Source: Acidimicrobiales bacterium | GTDB taxonomy: Bacteria > Actinomycetota > Acidimicrobiia > Acidimicrobiales > SZUA-35 | NCBI GenBank assembly: GCA_041394265.1 | Contig: JAWKIO010000005.1 | Span: 3,239,401 to 3,303,400, forward strand | Reading direction: 5' to 3' | DNA length: 64,000 nucleotides | The notes under the pieces: model-generated | What the model was told of the DNA's origin: nothing | Seen by the model: only the letters and a program-made list of their open reading frames with translations | Databases searched by the model: none | In this document: piece by piece, positions 1-10,763 of the stretch | Layout: each line of letters starts with the position of its first letter | How positions within the stretch are numbered: position 1 is the stretch's first letter | Program-made: the position numbers and the translations under genes

Positions 1-2073
1 GCCGTTGCTGGTCGACTGGAGGGAACCACCCTCGTCGGCCAGCTTGCGCAGCAGCGGCGACAGCGCCCAGTGATCGCCGCCGAGGCGCTCGGAGTAGTCG
101 GCGATCTTGTCGGCGACCTCGGCGAGTCCGACGGTGTCGGCCCAGAACATGGGGCCGCCGCGGTAGACCGGCCAGCCGTAGCCGTTGACCCAGACCACGT
201 CGATGTCACTGCCTCGGATGGCGATCTTCTCTTCGAGGATCTTCGCCCCCTCGTTCACCATCGGATAGAGACAGCGCTCGAGCACCTCTTGGTCGGTGAC
301 CTCGCGCTGCTCGATGCCCTGGCCGGCGGCGAAGTCGCGGATCATCTGCTCGACCTCGGGATCGGGTGTGGACGCTCGGGTCTCGGGGTCGTAGGTGTAG
401 TAGCCCCGGCCGTTCTTCTGGCCCCGCCGCCCGCTCTCGCACATCAGCTCACGGACGTTGGAGCTCTTCGAGTTCTCGGCCTTCCAGCCGATGTCGAGGC
501 CGGCAAGGTCGCTCATCGCGAACGGGCCCATCGGGAAGCCGAAGTCGTAGAGCACCCGGTCGACCTGGGCGGGCGTGGCACCCTCGAGGATGATCTTGTT
601 GGCCTCGATGCCTCGCTGGAACAGCATGCGGTTGCCAACGAAGCCGTGGCAGACACCGACGAGAACGGCGATCTTGTTGATCTTCTTGGCGATTGCCATC
701 GAGGTGGCGACGGTGGTGTCGGAACTCGCATCGCCGCGAACGACCTCGAGCAACTTCATCACGTTGGCGGGTGAGAAGAAGTGGAGGCCGATGACGGCTT
801 CGGGCCGGCTGGTGGCTGCAGCGATCTGGTTGATGTCGAGCGCCGAGGTGTTCGAGGCCATGATGGCGCCCGGCCGGCAGATCTGGTCGAGTTCGGCGAA
901 GATGCTCTTCTTCAGCTCGAGGTCTTCGAACACCGCCTCGATGACCATGTCGCAGTCGGCGAAGTCGGCCTTGTCGGTCGAGCCGGTGATGAGGGCCATA
1001 CGAGCGTTGACGGACTCGGGCGTGCTGGTCGAGGAACGCTCGTAGTTCTTGCGGACGACGGCGAGGCCGCGCTCGAGGCTCTCGGCGTCGCGCTCGACGA
1101 TCGTGACCGGGATGCCGACGTTGGCGAAGTTCATGGCGATGCCGCCACCCATGGTGCCTGCCCCGAGCACGCCGACCTTCTTGACGTCGACCAGCGGGGT
1201 GTCCTTGGGGATGTCGGGGACCTTGTTGGCCGCTCGCTCGGCGAAGAAGTAGTAGCGCTGTGCGGCCGACTGGGTGTCGCTCATCAGCTCGCCGAACAAT
1301 CGGCGCTCGACGGCGAGTCCCTCGTCGAACGGCAGGTTCACTGCCGCTTCGATGCACTGGATGTTGTATTCCGGAGCGAGGAAACCGCGGGTCTTGCGGG
1401 CGATCTTCGAGCGAATGTTGGCGAAGACCGACGGGTCGGCCTTGGCGGCGGCCAGCTTGTCGTCGCGGTCGCGGATCCGGGTGAGCGTTGCGCCCTCGTT
1501 CGCCACCTTGTTGGCGAAGGCGACGGCGCCGGCCCGGAGGTCGTCGGCGATCTCGTCGATGAGGCCACAGTCGAGGGCTTCGTCGGTGCCGATCTGGTCG
1601 CCGCTGGTCATCATGTCGAGCGCCTTCTCGACGCCGGTCACACGGGGGAGCCGCTGCGTGCCACCGGCTCCGGGGAGAAGGCCGAGCTTGACCTCGGGGA
1701 GGCCGAACTTGGCGCCGGCGTCGGCGACACGGAAGTGCGCACACAACGCCACTTCGAGACCACCGCCCAGCGCCGTGCCGTGGATGGCGGCGACGACCGG
1801 CTTGGGGCTGTTCTCCATGGCGTCTTGCACCGCCTGGAGCGACGGGCCCTTGGGGGCGCTGCCGAACTCGGTGATGTCGGCGCCGGCGATGAACGTGCGG
1901 CCGTCGCAGATGATCACGATCGCCTTGGCGTCGCTGTCGGTGGCCTGGGTGACACCGTCGAGGATGCCCTGGCGCACGTGGTGGCTCAGCGCGTTCACGG
2001 GTGGGTTGTCGACGACGACGAGGGCCACGTCGCCCTCACGTTCGAGGCGTACGGATTCAGTCAGCTGGCTCAT
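1..2073 (-). CDS. Bifunctional enoyl-CoA hydratase / 3-hydroxyacyl-CoA dehydrogenase (FadB/FadJ-like); C-terminus cut by the window edge
   Basis: Absent from the ORF track because it runs off the window. Hand translation from the ATG (cat at 2071-2073) gives MSQLTESVRLEREGDVALVVVDNPPVNALS (crotonase fold). A Rossmann motif VGVLGAGTMGGGIA follows, then a 3-hydroxyacyl-CoA dehydrogenase-like half. The frame stays open for 691 codons down to position 1. Confidence 0.9.
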   Translation of the reverse strand, partial: MSQLTESVRLEREGDVALVVVDNPPVNALSHHVRQGILDGVTQATDSDAKAIVIICDGRTFIAGADITEFGSAPKGPSLQAVQDAMENSPKPVVAAIHGTALGGGLEVALCAHFRVADAGAKFGLPEVKLGLLPGAGGTQRLPRVTGVEKALDMMTSGDQIGTDEALDCGLIDEIADDLRAGAVAFANKVANEGATLTRIRDRDDKLAAAKADPSVFANIRSKIARKTRGFLAPEYNIQCIEAAVNLPFDEGLAVERRLFGELMSDTQSAAQRYYFFAERAANKVPDIPKDTPLVDVKKVGVLGAGTMGGGIAMNFANVGIPVTIVERDAESLERGLAVVRKNYERSSTSTPESVNARMALITGSTDKADFADCDMVIEAVFEDLELKKSIFAELDQICRPGAIMASNTSALDINQIAAATSRPEAVIGLHFFSPANVMKLLEVVRGDASSDTTVATSMAIAKKINKIAVLVGVCHGFVGNRMLFQRGIEANKIILEGATPAQVDRVLYDFGFPMGPFAMSDLAGLDIGWKAENSKSSNVRELMCESGRRGQKNGRGYYTYDPETRASTPDPEVEQMIRDFAAGQGIEQREVTDQEVLERCLYPMVNEGAKILEEKIAIRGSDIDVVWVNGYGWPVYRGGPMFWADTVGLAEVADKIADYSERLGGDHWALSPLLRKLADEGGSLQSTSNG

Positions 2074-2157
2074 GCCCGCCAGTCAAGCACCGACGCCAGT
2101 TCCGACGAAATCCTCCGACGAATCGGGTCGGGCGCCGCCGGCGTCAGGTCGGGTGGC

Positions 2158-3579
2158 TCAACTGGCAGGATCGGCGTGGCAGCCGATGACGTCCTCCAAC
2201 ACGGCCATGGCACCGAGGACCTCGGCGTCGGCGCGTTGGCGACCGATGACCTGCAGCCCAATGGGAAGTCCGTCGCGGTCGAGACCGGCGCACACCGAGC
2301 CAGCAGGGTTGCGAGTCATGTTGATGCCGTAGGTGAACTGCACCCAACCCTGCTGCTCGACGCCGTTGATGGTGCCGTCGTGGCCCAACTTCGGGACCCG
2401 TCCCGCGGTGGTGGGGCTCAAGATGAGTGGTGCCTTGTCGAAGGCGTCCTCGAGCAGCGCGTTGAGCCGGTAGACGTCGTCGTGCGCCCGGGCGTGCTCG
2501 ACGCCCGTGACCCGGGAGCCGAGCATGATGTGCGGTTTGATGGACTCGCTCAGCTGTTCGAACTCCGTCGTGTCGATGAGGTGGCCCTGAGCCTTGAACC
2601 GCGACACCACCCACAGCACGAGCCAGCTGGTGACCGGGTCGGCGTCGAAGATCGACTCGACCTCGATGATCTCGGTGCCGGCCGATTCCAACGCTCGCAC
2701 CGCTGCGGTGCATGCCTCCATGACCTCGTCGTCGACGTCGGCGAAGCCGAACGTGGGCGACCACACCACTCGTTCCGGTGCTTCGGCGGTGGCGACCGCA
2801 GCAGCCCACGACTGACCGGGGTGGGGGAGCGACAGTGGGTCACGAGGATCGGGGCCGACCACGACGTCGAGGGCGTAGGCCGAGTCGGAGGCTCGCAACG
2901 CCATCGGGCCGTTCGCGCTCAGCAACCCCGAGCCGGGCATCGCACTGCCGGGGATCGGGATCCGCCCGGTGGTCGGCTTGAGTCCGGAGAACCCGCAGAG
3001 TGCGGCCGGAATCCGGATCGAGCCGCCGCCGTCGGACCCGGTGGCCAGCGGCACCATGCCCGAGGCCAGTGCGGCGGCCGACCCACCGGACGAGCCGCCG
3101 GGGGAGTGATCGGTCGACCAGGGATTGCGTGTGGCGCCGAAGGGGACGTTGTCGGTGGCGCCCTTGTGCCCGTATTCGGGCGTGTTGGTCTTGCCGATGA
3201 TGACGGCGCCCGCCGCCCGGTAGCGGGCGACGTGGACCGAGTCGGCGGTCGCCGGCGCATCGTTGACGTGGAGCGCCGATCCGAAGCTCGTGACGAATCC
3301 CTCGACTGCCTCGAGATCCTTGACGCCCATGGGCACACCGGCGAGCGGGCCGACGTCCTCGCCCTTGGCGATGCGCTGGTCGATCGCATCGGCTTGCGCG
3401 AGGGCGCCGTCGGCATCCCAAGCGACGAAGGCGTTGAGTGTGGGGTTCAGCGCGTCGATACGGGCGAGGGCCGCCTCGGTGACCTCACGGGCCGACTGTG
3501 CTCTGGTGCGGACTCGTTGGGCGATCCCGGCGACGGTCTCACCGCCGAATCCTGCAGGCTGACTCGATCCCTGTGTCAT
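2158..3579 (-). CDS. Amidase (amidase-signature family)
   Basis: ORF 2158..3633. Contains the amidase signature [13 protein letters not shown] prefer the ATG at 3579 (MTQGSS...) because the extra upstream codons run into repeat element A. Confidence 0.85.
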   Translation of the reverse strand: MTQGSSQPAGFGGETVAGIAQRVRTRAQSAREVTEAALARIDALNPTLNAFVAWDADGALAQADAIDQRIAKGEDVGPLAGVPMGVKDLEAVEGFVTSFGSALHVNDAPATADSVHVARYRAAGAVIIGKTNTPEYGHKGATDNVPFGATRNPWSTDHSPGGSSGGSAAALASGMVPLATGSDGGGSIRIPAALCGFSGLKPTTGRIPIPGSAMPGSGLLSANGPMALRASDSAYALDVVVGPDPRDPLSLPHPGQSWAAAVATAEAPERVVWSPTFGFADVDDEVMEACTAAVRALESAGTEIIEVESIFDADPVTSWLVLWVVSRFKAQGHLIDTTEFEQLSESIKPHIMLGSRVTGVEHARAHDDVYRLNALLEDAFDKAPLILSPTTAGRVPKLGHDGTINGVEQQGWVQFTYGINMTRNPAGSVCAGLDRDGLPIGLQVIGRQRADAEVLGAMAVLEDVIGCHADPAS

Positions 3580-3610
3580 GCCCGGGACCCTACTCGCGCC
3601 GCCCCTGTCC

Positions 3611-3719
3611 GTTCTCGAGACCCATGACGACACCCCCCACGGTTCTCGAGACCCATGGCGTCAGAACTGTCGCTCCTCGTCTCGGAAACGGTGGTGGTTG
3701 TCGCTCTGGCTCTCAGCTT
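3611..3719. repeat. Structured intergenic repeat, copy A (four 23-bp units: 2 direct + 2 inverted)
   Basis: Units are at 3611-3633, 3642-3664, 3667-3689 (inverted) and 3697-3719 (inverted). Unit consensus is GTTCTCGAGASCCNNRGCGWCAS. It lies between the MBL-fold gene stop (3750) and the amidase start (3579). Copy A is more degenerate than copies B and C. Confidence 0.75.
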
Positions 3720-3749
3720 GGGACGAGGGTGCCGTCGACGGACGGGCGG

Positions 3750-4691
3750 TCAGGCCAGACAGCGGAGTGGCTGGCCGCCGTTGTAGGCGACCATGTCGCC
3801 GATGGCGGCCACGAGGTCGATGGCGGAGCCCGGTTCGTTGCCGTCGAGTTCGTGCATCGCCCGGTGGAGGTTGCCGACGATGCGCTCGGCGTCGAGCAGG
3901 TCGGCGAACTCGCCGAGGTCGACGCTGCGGCCGGCTTCGAGCGGCGACACGCCGCTGGCTTTCGCATCGGCGGCCGTTGCGAGCACGAACTCGTAGTAGC
4001 GGACGTGCTGGTCGAGCGCGGCGAGATCGCAGATCGGCCCGTGGCCGGGGACGATCACGTCGGCATCGAACTGGCGGATCCGCTCGACGGCGGCCAGTGA
4101 GCCGGCCACCGACCCCATGAGCATGAATGGCGTGCCCCCGTTGAAGATCAGGTCGCCGGTGTAGAGCACCTTCTGGTCGGGCAGGTAGGCGACGATGTCG
4201 TTGGTGGTGTGGGCGGGCGTGCCGATGTAGTGGAGTTGGGCGCAGACGTCGCCGGTCCACACCGTGAGATGGTCGTCGAAGGTGACGAACGGGGGAGCGA
4301 TCTCGATCTCGCCCCACTCGGGCCCGTCCCAGATGTTGCCGAAGTTGGGCTTGCCGGAGGCGATGACCAGATCGCGACACCGGACATGGCCAATGATCGT
4401 TGCCGGATGGGTCAGGTAATTGCCGTGGGTGTGGTCGCCGTGGTGATGGGTGTTGATCACGACACGGATCGGCGCGTCGGTGACCCCGGCGACCGTTTCG
4501 AGGAACGCCTTCGTACGTCGCTCGGTCGAGCAGGTGTCGATCGCCGTGACGCCGTCGTCGGCGACGATGAACCCGGTGTTGTTGATCCACCACGTGCCGT
4601 CGGGCTGGATGTAGGCGTAGACGTTCTCGGCCACCTCGACGAGATGTGGTGGGTCGAGTGGTCCGTCGTCGTGTCCGTGATGAGCGCTCAT
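3750..4691 (-). CDS. MBL-fold metallo-hydrolase
   Basis: 313-aa ORF with an HHHGDH metal-binding motif and a typical beta-lactamase-fold layout. Confidence 0.85.
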   Translation of the reverse strand: MSAHHGHDDGPLDPPHLVEVAENVYAYIQPDGTWWINNTGFIVADDGVTAIDTCSTERRTKAFLETVAGVTDAPIRVVINTHHHGDHTHGNYLTHPATIIGHVRCRDLVIASGKPNFGNIWDGPEWGEIEIAPPFVTFDDHLTVWTGDVCAQLHYIGTPAHTTNDIVAYLPDQKVLYTGDLIFNGGTPFMLMGSVAGSLAAVERIRQFDADVIVPGHGPICDLAALDQHVRYYEFVLATAADAKASGVSPLEAGRSVDLGEFADLLDAERIVGNLHRAMHELDGNEPGSAIDLVAAIGDMVAYNGGQPLRCLA

Positions 4692-4757
4692 GGTGGTCCC
4701 CCGGGCTGCTGGCGTTGGCTTGTTCGGCGACCGGCGAGGCCGTCGGGAGTCGGCGGG

Positions 4758-5642
4758 TCAGACGCCGACGGGTACGGATCCTCGCTCGGTGTTGGCCAGG
4801 ATGGCATCGGCGATCTCGGTGTGGCGAGTCCGTGGGATGTCGTGACCCATGTCGGGGAACATGAGCAACCGTGAGCCGGGCACGGCGTTGGCGGTTGCGA
4901 CACCGCCGGACGGCATCACGAGCTTGTCCTCGAGTCCGTGCACGACGAGGGTCGGCGCTGTGACGTTGCGCAGACCAGGGGTGCGGTCGGCGCTGGCGGC
5001 GATGGCTGCCGTTTGGCGCTCGACGCCGGCCGGTCGGTAGCTACGCTCCACCGCTCGGCGAGCCGTCGCGAGATGCTCGGCTCGGTCCCACGACGATCCG
5101 GCCCAGAGGGAGTACATCTCGGTGCCATCCTCGGCAGCCGTCTCCTTGGTTGGGGGTTTGGCCCGGGCCAGCTTCATCAACACTCTCTTGTTGACCCCGC
5201 CGTTCTTGCGGTCGCCGGTGTTGGACATGACCGAGGTGAGCGAGCGGACCTTGTGGGCGTGGTTGATGGCGAGCGACTGGGCGATCATCCCGCCCATCGA
5301 CATGCCGACGACGTGGGCGGCGTCGATGTCGAGCGCATCGAGCAACCCGGCGGCGTCGGTGGCCATGTCGTCGACGGTGTAGCCGGCTGCGACGGGCTTG
5401 CGTCGCAGCATGGCTCGGGCGATTGCCGCTCGGGTGGGGGTGGGCCAGTCGAACTCGGTGCTGAGGCCGGCGTCGCGGTTGTCGTGGCGGATGACCCGGA
5501 AACCCCGTTGGACGAACTCGCCGACGAAGTCGTCGGACCAGTCGGTGAGCTGGCCGGCGAGCCCCATGATGAGGAGGAGCGGTTCGCCCTCGCCGGTCGA
5601 TTCGTACTCGATGGTGATCCCGTTGGCTTCGACCTGTGGCAT
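4758..5642 (-). CDS. Alpha/beta hydrolase
   Basis: 294-aa ORF with nucleophile elbow GMSMGG and an N-terminal LLLIMGLAG oxyanion region. Confidence 0.85.
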   Translation of the reverse strand: MPQVEANGITIEYESTGEGEPLLLIMGLAGQLTDWSDDFVGEFVQRGFRVIRHDNRDAGLSTEFDWPTPTRAAIARAMLRRKPVAAGYTVDDMATDAAGLLDALDIDAAHVVGMSMGGMIAQSLAINHAHKVRSLTSVMSNTGDRKNGGVNKRVLMKLARAKPPTKETAAEDGTEMYSLWAGSSWDRAEHLATARRAVERSYRPAGVERQTAAIAASADRTPGLRNVTAPTLVVHGLEDKLVMPSGGVATANAVPGSRLLMFPDMGHDIPRTRHTEIADAILANTERGSVPVGV

Positions 5643-5667
5643 CCGCCGATTCTAGTTGCCTGCAGTG

Positions 5668-7071
5668 CTAGGTGTCGGCGGTGGCTGCCGACCGGGCGGC
5701 CTCGATCTTGGCCGTTGACAGTCGAGGGGCGCCGAACACGAACAACAGCACGCTGCCTCCGGCGGCGATGAACCACGGAAGGCGCAGCGCCAGCTCTCGG
5801 GAGCCGTACCGGTCGGTGATCGAGACGATCAGTCCGCCCAGGAGGGCGCCGATCGGCATCATGCCCCATGCGAAGAACCGGTAAACGCTGTTGACCCGGC
5901 CCAGGAGTTCGTCGGGGATGATCGTTTGGCGGAGGCTCACCGTGATCACGTTCCACAGCACGGCGAGCATCATGAACACGGCGAACATGAACCAGGTGAT
6001 GCCCCACCAGCTGGTGAGTCCGATCACCACGTTGGTCACGGCACCCCCGAGCAGGGTGAGCCACAGCGAGGGTCCGGTACCGATGCGCTTGGCGACGCTT
6101 CCCGCCACCCAGCCGCCGATCACGCCGCCGATGGCGCCGCCGGTGTTCAGCAGCGCAAACTCGGTCGCCGATGTGTCGAGGACCTCCTGTGCGAAGAGCA
6201 CCAGCAGGGCGCCGGTCAGCGTGCCGAGCCCATTCATCAGGCCCAGGATGATCGCCATCGGGCGGAGCAGCTCGTGGCTCCAGAGCCAGCGGACGCCCTC
6301 GGCCAGCTCGCTCGTCCAGCTCGTGGCCTGTTCCTTGGGCGGTCGGGGTTTCACGCTCACCGAGATCGAGGCGATGATCGCCGCCGACAGGGCGAAGGTC
6401 GCCGCATCGACGAAGAACGAGAGCGAGAAGGCGACAGCAATCAAGAGGGCGCCGAGCGGTGGTCCGGCGAAGGTGTTGGCGATCATCTCGACGCTCCACA
6501 TTCGACCGTTCGCCTTCTCGAGTTTGTCGGAGGCGACGACCGACGGCATGAACGTCTGACCCGAGTTGTCGTAGAGCACCTCGGCGACACCGAGCGAGAG
6601 CGTCGCGAGCAACAACACGAGGTACAGCACGAGATCGGTGGACACGATCAGCTGGCTGTCGGCAACCGAATCGGGCCCGGGGAGGTCGCCCTGTCGCAGG
6701 AGCACCATGAGGGCGACCGCCGTGGTGAGCACGGCGCGGGCAGCGTTGGACCAGACCATCAGCTTGCGCCGATCGTTGCGGTCGGTGATGACCCCGGCGG
6801 GGAGGCTGAAGACCAGCCACGGGAGACGCTGCACGACCGCCACCAGCGCGATCAGGATCGGGTTCCGGGTGATCGCCGATGCCAGCCAGGGATAGGCGAT
6901 GAGCCCGATGCCGTCGCCGAGATTCGAGATCCCCGAGGCGGTCAGCAGCTTGTAGTAGTTGATCCCGAGCCTGCCCGGCGACGGTGCGGTGCCGGGGGTG
7001 GGCGCTTCGAGGGCAGCGAATGCGTCGTCGCTCGTCACCGTCTCGGTCGCGTCGTCGGCGGGTGGCGTCAT
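5668..7071 (-). CDS. MFS transporter
   Basis: 467-aa ORF, highly hydrophobic with roughly 12 predicted helices. Overlaps the upstream ArsR-type gene by 4 bp. Confidence 0.85.
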   Translation of the reverse strand: MTPPADDATETVTSDDAFAALEAPTPGTAPSPGRLGINYYKLLTASGISNLGDGIGLIAYPWLASAITRNPILIALVAVVQRLPWLVFSLPAGVITDRNDRRKLMVWSNAARAVLTTAVALMVLLRQGDLPGPDSVADSQLIVSTDLVLYLVLLLATLSLGVAEVLYDNSGQTFMPSVVASDKLEKANGRMWSVEMIANTFAGPPLGALLIAVAFSLSFFVDAATFALSAAIIASISVSVKPRPPKEQATSWTSELAEGVRWLWSHELLRPMAIILGLMNGLGTLTGALLVLFAQEVLDTSATEFALLNTGGAIGGVIGGWVAGSVAKRIGTGPSLWLTLLGGAVTNVVIGLTSWWGITWFMFAVFMMLAVLWNVITVSLRQTIIPDELLGRVNSVYRFFAWGMMPIGALLGGLIVSITDRYGSRELALRLPWFIAAGGSVLLFVFGAPRLSTAKIEAARSAATADT

Positions 7072-7673
7072 GGCTGCTCGACTCGGTCGTTGTTGGGAAG
7101 GACGGGTTGTTCGGTGGGATAGACGGCGCCGATGAAGCCGTAGACGGTCGACCCGGAACGAGGGAGTCGGGTGAAGTCCTCGGCCAGCTCGACCACACGG
7201 GCGAAGAACGCTTCGGCGTGTTCGGCCGAGATGCGGACGTGGCGCAGGGTCGAGAAGTCCGTTGTGGCATCGCCGAGTTCGGCTGCCGCCTCTCGCAACA
7301 TGCTCGTGCCGGTTGCCTCCTCGGGTGAGAGGTCGGAGCCGATCATGATCGTGCGTCCGGTCCGGCCGTAGAACCGTTCGTCGATGGCCCGCACCCGACG
7401 GGTCCGCACGACGGCCAACAGTCCGACCCCGGTGAGGACGTCGACGTGGTGGGCCACGCTGCTCTTCGGACGTCCCAACGCCTCGGCCAGCTCGCTCACC
7501 GTTGCCGCCCGGTCGAGCACGAGGTCGAGGATCGTCTTGCGGATCGGGCTGGCCAGCGCCTTCAGTTGCTCGGGCCGCTCGGCGTGCACCAGTGGCGCCA
7601 GGTCGTAGTCGGGGCCGCCGGTGGCATCGGTGGCTGCGTCGTCGGGTTCGTCCCGCCCTCCATTGATCGACAT
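7068..7673 (-). CDS. ArsR/SmtB-family (winged-HTH) transcriptional regulator
   Basis: ORF 7068..7730 begins at a TTG. The ATG at 7673 (MSINGG...) is more plausible. The HTH region is RKTILDLVLDRAATVSELAEALGRPKSSVAHHVDVL. Its stop overlaps the MFS start by 4 bp. Confidence 0.75.
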   Translation of the reverse strand: MSINGGRDEPDDAATDATGGPDYDLAPLVHAERPEQLKALASPIRKTILDLVLDRAATVSELAEALGRPKSSVAHHVDVLTGVGLLAVVRTRRVRAIDERFYGRTGRTIMIGSDLSPEEATGTSMLREAAAELGDATTDFSTLRHVRISAEHAEAFFARVVELAEDFTRLPRSGSTVYGFIGAVYPTEQPVLPNNDRVEQP

Positions 7674-7679
7674 CTGCCG

Positions 7680-7703
7680 AATGATCGGTGATTCCCGATC
7701 ATT
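7680..7703. promoter_or_regulatory. Candidate operator: perfect 9-bp inverted repeat AATGATCGG-N6-CCGATCATT
   Basis: Arms are at 7680-7688 and 7695-7703, directly upstream of the ArsR-type gene. It sits in the divergent region shared with the D-aminoacylase gene. Confidence 0.4.
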
Positions 7704-7813
7704 GGTCAAGTGGTTTCTTGATCGATACAAGCAGGCGTCGGTGAGCCACGTCCGGCCATCGGATGCGCCGTCGTGTTGGTCTTGCGGCGGCCGATGGTGG
7801 GAGACTGGTCGAC

Positions 7814-9535
7814 ATGCATGATCTCGTCATCACCAATGGGACCGTGGTGGATGGCACTGGAGCCGAGCGCTTCATGGCCGACATCGCCATCGACAACGAC
7901 ACCATCACCGCGATCGGGACCGATCTCGGGCCAGCTCGGCGGACCATCGACGCCGCGGGCATGATCGTCACGCCGGGGTGGGTCGACATCCACACCCACT
8001 ACGACGGCCAGCTCACGTGGGACCCCGACCTCGCTCCGTCGTCGATCAACGGCGTCACCTCGCTCGTCGTCGGTAACTGCGGCGTGGGTTTCGCTCCGGC
8101 CCACCCGACCAACCGGCAGTACCTGATCGAACTGCTCGAAGGAGTCGAAGACATCCCCGGCGCCGCACTCGCCGAGGGTTTGCAGTGGGAGTGGGAGAGC
8201 TTCCCCGAGTTCCTCGATGCACTCGAGCGGCGGGAGTGGCCAATCGACATCGGTACACAGGTGCCGCACGCCGCGCTCCGTTACTACGTGATGGGTGACG
8301 ACGGCGCCGACCTCGAGATCGCCGCCGACGCCGACCAGATCGCCACCATGGCGCTGCTGTGCGAAGAGGCCATTGCGGCGGGCGCCCTCGGGTTCACCAC
8401 GTCGCGCACCATCGCCCACCGCACGAGCACCGGTCGACGCATCGGCACGCTCAAGGCTTCCACCGACGAGGTCCTCGGCATCGCCTCGGCGCTGTCGAAG
8501 CTCGACCGTGGTGTCATCCAGCTGATCTCCGACGCCTACCAGTCCGACGACGACGAGCTGGTCGACGCCGAGATCGACCTGCTGCGGCGTCTCGCGACCG
8601 AGACCGGTCGCCCGATCAGTTTCACGGTCCAGCAGAACGACGACACACCCAACCGGTTCCGCGAACTGCTCGATGCGATCGGCCAGTGGAACGAAGCCGG
8701 TGCACATGCCAAGGCGCAGGTGGCCATTCGCCCCATCGGCGTACTGATCGGACTCAACGCGTCGGCCAACCCGCTGAACTTCAGCGCCACCTATGTGGCG
8801 ATGGCCGGAATGTCGAAGCAGGAGCGCCTGGCCGAACTGGCCAAGCCCGAGGTGAAGGCGGCGATCCTTGCCGAGCACGGTGCCGCCGATCCCAAGCTGT
8901 TCGCCCGGATCATCCATTCGGCATACGACCGCATGTACCCGTTGGCCGATGTGCCCGACTACGAACCGACGCCGGAGAACTCGGTCGCCGGTCTGGCCGA
9001 GGCCCAGGGCCGACCGGCGAGTGAGGTGCTCTACGATCTCCTGCTCGACAACGACGGCGAGCGTCTGCTCTACATCCCGCTGATGAACTACGCCAACGGC
9101 GACCTCGACGACGTGCGCGAGATGATGACCTCGTCGAACTCCATCTTCGGTCTGTCCGACGCCGGTGCCCACTGCAACGCCATCTCCGACGGCTCGATGC
9201 CGACCACGGCAATCACCCACTGGACGCGAGATCGCTCACGCGGTGAGTTGATTCCGCTCGAAGACGTCGTGCATCGCCAGACCCAGGCGACGGCTCAGCA
9301 CGTCGGCTGGACCGACCGTGGCGTCCTCGCTCCAGGGATGCTGGCCGACATCAACGTGATCGACCACGACAAGTTGCGGGTGATGGCGCCCCACCTCGTG
9401 GCTGATCTGCCGGCCGGCGGCACCCGACTGATGCAGCGGGTCGAGGGCTACAAGGCCACGATCAAGCGAGGCGTGGTCACGGTGCTCGACGACGAGCTCA
9501 CCGGCGAACGCCCGGGCCGCCTCCAGCGAGGCTGA
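7814..9535 (+). CDS. N-acyl-D-amino-acid deacylase (D-aminoacylase) family amidohydrolase
   Basis: ORF 7763..9535. ATG at 7814 is preceded by GGGAGA. The N-terminus MHDLVITNGTVVDGTG...VTPGWVDIHTHYDGQ is typical of the family. Confidence 0.85.
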   Translation: MHDLVITNGTVVDGTGAERFMADIAIDNDTITAIGTDLGPARRTIDAAGMIVTPGWVDIHTHYDGQLTWDPDLAPSSINGVTSLVVGNCGVGFAPAHPTNRQYLIELLEGVEDIPGAALAEGLQWEWESFPEFLDALERREWPIDIGTQVPHAALRYYVMGDDGADLEIAADADQIATMALLCEEAIAAGALGFTTSRTIAHRTSTGRRIGTLKASTDEVLGIASALSKLDRGVIQLISDAYQSDDDELVDAEIDLLRRLATETGRPISFTVQQNDDTPNRFRELLDAIGQWNEAGAHAKAQVAIRPIGVLIGLNASANPLNFSATYVAMAGMSKQERLAELAKPEVKAAILAEHGAADPKLFARIIHSAYDRMYPLADVPDYEPTPENSVAGLAEAQGRPASEVLYDLLLDNDGERLLYIPLMNYANGDLDDVREMMTSSNSIFGLSDAGAHCNAISDGSMPTTAITHWTRDRSRGELIPLEDVVHRQTQATAQHVGWTDRGVLAPGMLADINVIDHDKLRVMAPHLVADLPAGGTRLMQRVEGYKATIKRGVVTVLDDELTGERPGRLQRG

Positions 9536-9586
9536 TCGCTTGCTCGCTCGCCCGCTGAGCTCGAGGAGTTCAACGGGCGGCGAGGC

Positions 9587-10663
9587 TCACGTCGTCGACC
9601 ATTGGGCAGCGATGCCCTCCAGGGAGGCGACACGATGCTCGAGCGCATGGGCGACGGGGTAGAGCATCAGCTCGTCGGCTGCCGTTCGAGCCCGGAGCTG
9701 ACGCAGCCCCTCGACCACGGTCTCAGCGGTGCCGACGAGAGAGTTGCTCGGCATCGAGGTGGCGGTGGCGAAGTTCGGATGGGCCATGGCTTCATCGGGG
9801 CCGACCAGCTCGACCGGTTGTCCGGTGCGGAGCGCGAACCGCCGGAGCTTGCTCGGCGCGGCCAGGTAGTCGGCCTCCTCTGGTGTTGCGCCGACGACGA
9901 CGGTGGCCGAGACCATGAGATGCGGAGCGTCGAGCACGACCGACGGCTCGAAGTGGTCGAGGTAGATCTGGGCCGCCTGCTCGGTGCCACCCATGTCGAA
10001 GTGGTTGGCGAAGGCGAACGGGAGGCCGAGCACACCGGCGAGCTGGGCGCTGAACCCGCTCGAGCCGAGCAGCCACACCACCGGCGCCGAGGTCGCCACT
10101 GGCGTCGCCCGGAAGTGCTTGAACAATCCTTCCTCGACCCGCTCATCGCCGAGCAGACCCATGACGTCGAGCAGGTGACGAGGGAAGTCTTCGTCGAGCC
10201 CCTGAACCGAGCGTCGAAGTGCCGCAGCGGTGTTGCGGTCGGTGCCCGGCGCCCGACCGATGCCGAGGTCGATGCGGCCGGGGTTGAGTGCTTCGAGCAG
10301 GGCGAACTGTTCGGCGACCACGAGCGGCGCATGATTGGGGAGCATGACCCCGCCCGAGCCGACACGGATGCGCTCGGAATGGGCCGCGAGGTGCGCCATC
10401 AGCACCGGCGGGTTGGTCGATGCGACGCTCGACATGTTGTGGTGCTCGGCCACCCAGAACCGGCGATAGCCCAATCGGTCGGCGACCTTGACCATCTCGG
10501 TTGCCTCGCCGAGCGCCTGAGCGCTGGTGGTGCCCTTGGCGACGATGGCCAGATCCAGCACCGACAGTGGCATCGAGGCCGGGTCGATCTTCGCTCGCTG
10601 GTCGATCGAGCTCGGATCGATCGAAACGCCGTCGACGGTCGTGTGCTCGTTGGTTGGGGACAC
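9587..10663 (-). CDS. LLM-class (luciferase-like) flavin-dependent oxidoreductase
   Basis: ORF 9587..10801. The motif MPLSVLDL...GYRRFWVAEHHN is typical of group-1 luciferase-family oxidoreductases. GTG at 10663 has a strong GAGGTGA Shine-Dalgarno 5 nt upstream. The ATG at 10573 is an alternative start. Confidence 0.8.
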   Translation of the reverse strand: MSPTNEHTTVDGVSIDPSSIDQRAKIDPASMPLSVLDLAIVAKGTTSAQALGEATEMVKVADRLGYRRFWVAEHHNMSSVASTNPPVLMAHLAAHSERIRVGSGGVMLPNHAPLVVAEQFALLEALNPGRIDLGIGRAPGTDRNTAAALRRSVQGLDEDFPRHLLDVMGLLGDERVEEGLFKHFRATPVATSAPVVWLLGSSGFSAQLAGVLGLPFAFANHFDMGGTEQAAQIYLDHFEPSVVLDAPHLMVSATVVVGATPEEADYLAAPSKLRRFALRTGQPVELVGPDEAMAHPNFATATSMPSNSLVGTAETVVEGLRQLRARTAADELMLYPVAHALEHRVASLEGIAAQWSTT

Positions 10664-10763
10664 GTGTATCACCTCATGTGGTCCGAGTGGTCGAGTGTCG
10701 TCGCCTCCCGTCACCAACGCCAACCCGGACCGGCTTATGCCCGGACCGCTACGGTTCGCCCTC

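Noticed and set aside
781-3627. Very long ORFs in the track. Examples are 781..3627 (+, 948 aa), 5285..7270 (-), 15557..17854 (+), 37989..39926 (-), 55868..57715 (-) and 47021..48844 (-).
   Set aside because: They are Arg/Pro/Gly/Ala-rich with no recognisable motifs. Each lies antisense to, or out of frame with, a gene that has clear family signatures. Stop-poor alternative frames are expected in high-GC DNA.
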